Below the pieces are notes generated by a model that made no database searches, was not told the origin of the DNA, and saw only the letters and a program-made list of their open reading frames with translations. Made by a program: the position numbers and the translations under genes. Of a DNA stretch of 64,000 nt, positions 58,493-64,000 are shown piece after piece. This stretch comes from Candidatus Latescibacterota bacterium (GTDB lineage: Bacteria > Latescibacterota > UBA2968). Position 1 is the stretch's first letter. Every line of letters begins with the position of its first letter. The stretch covers positions 2,176,001-2,240,000 of the forward strand of contig OZ220741.1 of NCBI GenBank assembly GCA_965116885.1, given 5' to 3'.

Positions 58493-59743
58493 TTGGTTTT
58501 AAAAGTTCTCCAAATATTGACCGATTTCTTTGATTTTCTCTGGTTATCGTTCCTGTTGTTAGCACCTATGCTAATGCTGGGGCTATTTCTTTCCGGTCTG
58601 ATTCACGTATTTATCTCGCGTGAGGCCATTTTGCGGTGGTTGCGCGAGGATAACTTGAAATCGGTGAGTACAAGTGCGGCGGTTGGCGTGCCCGTGCCGC
58701 TTTGCAGTTGCTCGGTTGTGCCAGTAGTTGCCGAGATGCGCAATAAGGGCGCGTCCCGTTCATCCTGTATGTCTTTTTTGATCACGGCGCCGGAAACAGG
58801 TGCGGATTCGATTCTGGTCACGAACGCATTTTTTGGATTTATTGTCGCTATTGTCAGGCCCTTCATCAGTTTTATTACCGCAGTTGTCGCCGGTATATTT
58901 TGTATGGGTCTCATGCGAGATGATCGCGACGAGACTGAGGGGAGCGATCGTGGTCGTGACCGTGGTCGAGACTGCGACCATGAATGTGATCACGACCATG
59001 GGCACGAACCTCTGGTGGCTGGAAGCGATGATTGCTACGTTAGCCCCTCACAATTGAAGACGTTATTTTTTGGCTGGGTGAGGGTGATCAATCACCACAA
59101 ACGCGATGTGGTTCGGGCCGACAACAAACAAATTTCTGCGGACGACTTGACTTTTAAAAAAGTCGTCAGGCATATTTTTCGCTATGGCTTTGTCGAAATA
59201 GCGGACGATATTCTGTTTGCGTTGATCGTGGGCATCGCGCTGGGAGGCGTGATCTATCTGGCGATTCCGAGCGATCTGATGTCAAATGCGTATGCGCGCT
59301 GGTTGTCATATCCCGTTATGGTGCTGGTTGGGGTACCTCTCTATATCTGTGCGTCCGCGAGCACTCCGATAGCCGCCGCGCTGGTCGCCAAGGGGTTCAG
59401 CCCCGGAGCGGCGCTGATTTTTCTGATGACCGGACCGGCGACTAATACGGGTACTATCGCGATCATCGTCAGTCAGTTTGGGTCACGCTTTGCATCCATC
59501 TATGTCTCATCGGTGATCGCAGTTACTGTCGTACTGGGCATTGCAGTTGATATTCTGCTTCTCGCCCTCGGCGTGACGATTCCCGTGTACCTTGGTCCCT
59601 CGGAGTCAGAGACCATTCAACTCATCCAGTGGGGCAGTGCTTTTGCCATGATCGCCCTGATTGTTTGGCGATTTCGCGCAGGTGCTTTTAAGAGTGGCTA
59701 TGAGGATATGTTGTTCAATATCCGACCTCTGTTCAAACTGTGA
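58493..59743 (+). CDS. SO_0444/ArsP-type metal permease
   Basis: GVPVPLCSCSVVP, FLITAPETGADS, His/Cys loop, PLYICASASTPIAA, FLMTGPATN. Confidence 0.85.
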   Translation: MVLKVLQILTDFFDFLWLSFLLLAPMLMLGLFLSGLIHVFISREAILRWLREDNLKSVSTSAAVGVPVPLCSCSVVPVVAEMRNKGASRSSCMSFLITAPETGADSILVTNAFFGFIVAIVRPFISFITAVVAGIFCMGLMRDDRDETEGSDRGRDRGRDCDHECDHDHGHEPLVAGSDDCYVSPSQLKTLFFGWVRVINHHKRDVVRADNKQISADDLTFKKVVRHIFRYGFVEIADDILFALIVGIALGGVIYLAIPSDLMSNAYARWLSYPVMVLVGVPLYICASASTPIAAALVAKGFSPGAALIFLMTGPATNTGTIAIIVSQFGSRFASIYVSSVIAVTVVLGIAVDILLLALGVTIPVYLGPSESETIQLIQWGSAFAMIALIVWRFRAGAFKSGYEDMLFNIRPLFKL

Positions 59744-59801
59744 TATCTATACTCAACCCGGATCATTTGAGTTTTTGGTTTAAATCACTGCGGATTCGAA
59801 T

Positions 59802-60635
59802 TTGCTACCTCTTTTTATAGGATACTCTATCGCTATCATTGCCGCGTCTTTGCTCGGCGGATATTTGCCAGCAAAGGTTACCATGACGCATACGCGCATC
59901 CAGACGGTGATGAGTTTTGTTGCGGGTTTCATTCTGGGCATCGCTCTGTATCATCTCGTGCCGCACGGTCTGGTATGGATTCCCGGGCCGGGTGCTGTTG
60001 AAAAAGCCATGGGATTGATGATGTTCGGCATCGTATTAATGGTTCTGTTGCTGCGTATCTTTCACTTTCACCAGCACGATTTCAGCGATGAGGCAGGTGA
60101 TTTTCTCTACGAGCATACCAGTCCCGAAAGCAGGGTGATCGGCATTGCTCTGGGGCTGGGTCTGCATACTGTGACCGAGGGGCTCGCCCTGGGTACCAGC
60201 ATCCGGGTTGGTGAACTACACGATGGCAAAGCTGGTTTAGCAGGACTCGGGGTGTTTCTTGCGATTCTTTTGCACAAGCCACTCGACGCGTTTTCCATTA
60301 TCGGTTTGTTGCAGGCCGCGGGTTATAGTCTCCGCACTCGTATAGCAGTCAATATCGGATTTGCCATGCTCTGTCCGGTGGTGGCTTTGTTGACTTTTTG
60401 GGGGATTGGGTTTTTGGGACACTGGGAGGAAGAGGTGACCGGGTATGTGCTGGTCTTTGCAGCCGGCGCGTTTCTGTGTATTTCCCTGAGCGATCTGCTA
60501 CCGGAAATCCATTTTCACAGTCACGATCGCGTCAAGCTCACGGTGTGCTTTCTCGTGGGGATCGCTCTCGCGTATGGGCTGTATTTTATCGAGTCCGGAG
60601 CGGTGCACGGGTTGGAGACGCACGAAATACATTGA
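59802..60635 (+). CDS. ZIP family metal transporter
   Basis: GLGLHTVTEGLALG, AILLHKP, AAGAFL...DLLPE. Confidence 0.88.
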   Translation: MLPLFIGYSIAIIAASLLGGYLPAKVTMTHTRIQTVMSFVAGFILGIALYHLVPHGLVWIPGPGAVEKAMGLMMFGIVLMVLLLRIFHFHQHDFSDEAGDFLYEHTSPESRVIGIALGLGLHTVTEGLALGTSIRVGELHDGKAGLAGLGVFLAILLHKPLDAFSIIGLLQAAGYSLRTRIAVNIGFAMLCPVVALLTFWGIGFLGHWEEEVTGYVLVFAAGAFLCISLSDLLPEIHFHSHDRVKLTVCFLVGIALAYGLYFIESGAVHGLETHEIH

Positions 60636-60657
60636 CGCTGAGGAATGTTAAAAAAAG

Positions 60658-60692
60658 AAAAGGCGGTCCATTACGCGGTGGATCGCCTTTTT
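60658..60692. terminator. Intrinsic terminator
   Basis: AAAAGGCGGTCCA/TGGATCGCCTTTT. Confidence 0.75.
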
Positions 60693-60714
60693 GCTAATCC
60701 ATAAAGGAGACGTT

Positions 60715-61722
60715 ATGGGATCGATAAAGGCAGCAGTAGTGGGGCTTGGATTGGGCCAGCATTTCGTTCGTGGGCTGGTTGGGCATCCGGATGTGGATAG
60801 AATTGTTCTGGTAGATCTGGACGCCGATCGAGCGGAAATGGTTCAAAGGGAGTACGACGAGGTGGATGCCGTCTATGAGATGATTGAGGTTATGCTCGAA
60901 AAGGAGCGTCCTGACGCAGTGTGTGTCGTGACTCCCGACCATCTCCATCGGCCACATTCAACGGCTTGCTTTGAGGCTGGCGCCCATGTGTTGCAGACAA
61001 AACCGCTTGCGACGAATCTCGAGGACGCGCGTGCAATTTTGGCTGCGGCGAAGGCGACGGGGAAGAAAGTGATGGTCGCGCACGAGCGCAGGTTCCGGCC
61101 ACGCGTCAAGCGAATCAAAGCGATTCTCGATGCTGGCGAAGTAGGCGATCTGATTCACCTCCGTATCGATGCGATTCAGGACAAACGCGGGCAGTTTGCG
61201 CGTTCGCCCTGGTATGCGTCGGTAGAGGCAGGGCGGAGTGCCCTGAACGGTTCGGGCATTCACGAAGTGGATCTTGCGCGACATTACGCAGGCCTACCTG
61301 TCGAGTCTGTCTGTGCGTTCGCCAATCGGCTCGGCAATCTGGCGTTCCCAAGAGATAAGACAACATCCGCCCTGTTCCAGTTTGCAGGTGGCGTCGTGGG
61401 GCAGGTCACGGTGACCTACGAGGCGCGATGGCCGCGTTCGAATTTTTTCGACGATACGTTCCGAGTGGTTGCTTCTGCAGGCATGATTGTGGGATCGCAT
61501 GTCTATCGCGAAGGGGCAGAGGACTGGGAAGATTTAAGCGGTTTGGACAACAGTACAGCGTCGGGGATCACGGGGGCCGTTCATGCGTTTGTCGATTCGG
61601 TCGTGAACGATGCACCGATCGCGGTGACCGGTGAAGATGCTTTCGACTCGCTCGCGGCGGCATGCGCGGCCGATACATCGGCAGAACGGGGCGAGATGGT
61701 GCCGCCAGAGACGCTGGATTGA
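60715..61722 (+). CDS. Gfo/Idh/MocA family oxidoreductase
   Basis: VVGLGLG, TPDHLH, HVLQTKPLA, GIHEVD. Start after AAGGAG. Confidence 0.9.
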   Translation: MGSIKAAVVGLGLGQHFVRGLVGHPDVDRIVLVDLDADRAEMVQREYDEVDAVYEMIEVMLEKERPDAVCVVTPDHLHRPHSTACFEAGAHVLQTKPLATNLEDARAILAAAKATGKKVMVAHERRFRPRVKRIKAILDAGEVGDLIHLRIDAIQDKRGQFARSPWYASVEAGRSALNGSGIHEVDLARHYAGLPVESVCAFANRLGNLAFPRDKTTSALFQFAGGVVGQVTVTYEARWPRSNFFDDTFRVVASAGMIVGSHVYREGAEDWEDLSGLDNSTASGITGAVHAFVDSVVNDAPIAVTGEDAFDSLAAACAADTSAERGEMVPPETLD

Positions 61723-61749
61723 CGTTATCTATCACTTATGCCCGCCACA

Positions 61750-61800
61750 ATCTGCCTTCATCTGCCTTTATCTGCGTCCATCTGCGTCCATCTGCGGATA
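61750..61800 (-). repeat. Five 10-bp ATCTGC-core repeats (CGCAGAT family)
   Basis: atctgccttc atctgccttt atctgcgtcc atctgcgtcc atctgcggat. Confidence 0.75.
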
Positions 61801-61809
61801 ATGTTCTTT

Positions 61810-63060
61810 TTATGTCCGCCACAATCTGGGGACTCTGACGGGTGTTTCCGTTACCGGCCAGTATTCGGGGGGCGCGTCTTCCCAATGGGGTACGGTGCGT
61901 GCGTCTCGATCAAAGATGATCTGTCCATTGCGAATTGTGAGCCGACAGATCAGGCGTTGATTGGTATCTATTCGCGTATAGCCGCAGTCTTGAAATGAGA
62001 AATTTCCGGTTTCGAGGGCCAGTACCGCTATATCCGCTTCTGCTCCTACCGATAGTGTGCCCAATTCCGGGCGTCCGATTGCACGCGCTGGTGTCGCGGT
62101 TGATCTGTAAATGACGTCTTCGAGGGTCATGCCCATTGCCAGACATTTTGACATGGTGTCTTGCATGCTGAATACGGTACCAGCAATATTACCCATGTGC
62201 AGGTCTGTGCTGATGGAGTCGGGAGCAAATCCATTGGCAATGGCTCGCGCGCCGTTTCGATACCAGAAGCTCGCGGCGCCGTGCCCCAGGTCAAACCAGA
62301 TTCCGCGTTGTCTGGCTTCAAACATATACGGTTCGACGTTTCCGTTGTTATCTACTACGGGGAATTGCCGCGCATAGACATGGGTGTGAATATCACCTGG
62401 GCGGAGTTTGTCGAGAATCAGCGTGGGATAGGGCCGCTCGGGTCGCGGCCAAAAATCGACCATGACGGGCATGCCGCATCCATCGCCTGCTTCAACTGCT
62501 TTTTCCACCGATTCCCAGGGGGGGTGCATGTCGTCAAATGGCGCACTTGTCCAATAATGCGCTGTTTTGATGCCGACGACGACTTCGCTGTGTTCGCGGG
62601 CGGCTTTTGCAGCGCCATCTACGTCAAAGGTCCGAATATCCTGTTCGGGCGCGCCCATACCGGGTGCAGAAATATTTACATAGGCCAGCACCCGCGTTTT
62701 TGCATGCTCCATGACGGTACGGCGAAAATGCGCTATTTCCTCGCATCCCGCGGTGCCCGTATCTACGCATGTTGTTACGCCAGAATGTGGGAAATGTGCG
62801 TCCGGATTCAGGCTTGCACTGAAGAGGCCTTCTCCTGGTGCTCGGGTGAAGTAGGCGTGGATGTGAATGTCGATTAATCCGGGTGTTACTATCAGATCCG
62901 ATACATCTACCACATGGTCTGCTTCTTTTGTGTCGATATCCGCTTCCACTTTTGCAATTTTGTCATCCGCTATTCCCACATCGCATAATCCATTTATCTT
63001 ATTGGCAGGATCAATCACTCGCCCGCCTTTCAACAGCAGGTCGAATTTACTCTCGGCCAT
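61810..63060 (-). CDS. Amidohydrolase/deacetylase family metallohydrolase (dihydroorotase-like)
   Basis: LLKGGRVIDP, PGLIDIHIH, GDIHTH, DLGHG, ISTDLH, GAEADIAV. Confidence 0.88.
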   Translation of the reverse strand: MAESKFDLLLKGGRVIDPANKINGLCDVGIADDKIAKVEADIDTKEADHVVDVSDLIVTPGLIDIHIHAYFTRAPGEGLFSASLNPDAHFPHSGVTTCVDTGTAGCEEIAHFRRTVMEHAKTRVLAYVNISAPGMGAPEQDIRTFDVDGAAKAAREHSEVVVGIKTAHYWTSAPFDDMHPPWESVEKAVEAGDGCGMPVMVDFWPRPERPYPTLILDKLRPGDIHTHVYARQFPVVDNNGNVEPYMFEARQRGIWFDLGHGAASFWYRNGARAIANGFAPDSISTDLHMGNIAGTVFSMQDTMSKCLAMGMTLEDVIYRSTATPARAIGRPELGTLSVGAEADIAVLALETGNFSFQDCGYTRIDTNQRLICRLTIRNGQIIFDRDARTVPHWEDAPPEYWPVTETPVRVPRLWRT

Positions 63061-63181
63061 AACTAACCTCCAATCGCGTGTTTTGGAAATTCATCCTCTT
63101 GAGTATTATGTGCTATAATCGTATATTTAACAAGAGTCTCGCCAGGTGACCAATATATGAAAATTTTTGGGAATTAAACCA

Positions 63182-64000
63182 TTGATTGCCAATACCAAAA
63201 GATGTGTTCGCGTTTTCTCTATCTGTTGGTGTATTTTCTTTTTTGCGACGTGCAACCAGACGCCGCCTCTTCCGGGTTCTGATTCCTCTACTTCCGAATC
63301 CGCGCTTCCGTCTATTTATACCTACACGATTGTCAATACCTATTTACACGATCCCAATGCTTTTACGCAGGGGTTGGTTTTTGAAGATGGTTTTTTTTAT
63401 GAAGGTACCGGAAACTACGGTGCTTCAACCATTCGCAAGATTATGCCTGCCACAGGCGCGGTTTTGACGCAGAAAAGCATTGCTCCTAATTTTTTTGGCG
63501 AGGGCATCGCGATTTTTGACGACCGCCTGTATCAACTTACGTGGAAATCGGGTATATGCTTTGTGTACGATAAGAATACGTTTGAGTTACAGGTCCAATT
63601 TACCTATCCCACGGAGGGTTGGGGGCTTACTCACGACGGCGAAAAGCTGATTATGAGCGATGGTACGAATATTATTTATTTTCGGGATCCCAATACATTT
63701 AGGGAAATTGGGCGTATCGAAGTGACCGATAGCACGGGTCCCGTTCATTCTCTCAATGAGCTGGAATATATTGAGGGGCAAATTTTTGCCAATGTATGGC
63801 AAACCGATCGCATTGCTCGCATTGATCCCAAAAGCGGTAAGATTACGGGATGGATTAATCTCGCGGGTATTCTCTCTCAAACCGATCGCTTGAATCACCG
63901 CGTTGGTGTGCTAAATGGCATTGCCTACGACGCTGTGACCGATCGCATTTTTGTTACGGGTAAGTGGTGGCCCAAATTGTTTGAAATCAAACTCGTTCAG
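63182..64000 (+). CDS. Glutaminyl-peptide cyclotransferase, truncated by the window end
   Basis: Not in the ORF track. Hand translation gives HDPNAFTQGL, YEGTG, FFGEGI, YQLTW, EGWGLT, LNELEY, VLNGIAYD, VTGKWW. TTG start uncertain. Confidence 0.88.
   Translation, partial: MIANTKRCVRVFSICWCIFFFATCNQTPPLPGSDSSTSESALPSIYTYTIVNTYLHDPNAFTQGLVFEDGFFYEGTGNYGASTIRKIMPATGAVLTQKSIAPNFFGEGIAIFDDRLYQLTWKSGICFVYDKNTFELQVQFTYPTEGWGLTHDGEKLIMSDGTNIIYFRDPNTFREIGRIEVTDSTGPVHSLNELEYIEGQIFANVWQTDRIARIDPKSGKITGWINLAGILSQTDRLNHRVGVLNGIAYDAVTDRIFVTGKWWPKLFEIKLVQ

Noticed and set aside
1..64000. tRNA, rRNA, prophage or integrase genes
   Set aside because: None recognised by eye; tRNAscan-SE and Infernal would be needed to exclude them formally.

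Overview
Bacterial chromosomal window, about 60 mostly + strand genes, with no tRNA, rRNA or CRISPR array seen. Gene content (PhyH dioxygenases, sulfatase, lipoprotein HMA ending LPSCC, HYC_CC_PP-like leader, glutaminyl cyclase) suggests an FCB-group organism such as Latescibacterota/Gemmatimonadota, possibly a marine-invertebrate symbiont; this is inference. Core blocks: an RND pump, pdxA, a cusCBA-type copper/silver efflux operon, cysK, ggt, ilvN-leuA-leuC-leuD-cimA-aminotransferase-argJ-aminotransferase-accA, comEC, truA-htrA-pssA-tatA-gatA-gatB, a RelE-type TA pair, a sugar ABC transporter, MATE, and a TolC/permease/ZIP metal cluster. Most notable unexplained signals: (1) an AT-rich, translationally coupled three-gene operon at 6892-8298 led by a stand-alone Tse2-like ADP-ribosyltransferase-fold protein, a candidate toxin-antitoxin-plus or anti-phage system; (2) a 28-aa membrane peptide gene behind the RND pump; (3) a Cys-rich RSPP leader ahead of the cus operon; (4) a Leu/Val/Ile leader-peptide attenuator; (5) a ~195-nt rod-like 6S-like RNA with its own promoter and terminator; (6) an intact tnpB-only IS200/IS605 element plus a separate orphan IS605 right end, together bracketing a pectate lyase gene. 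All calls are from manual motif reading; no database search was run.
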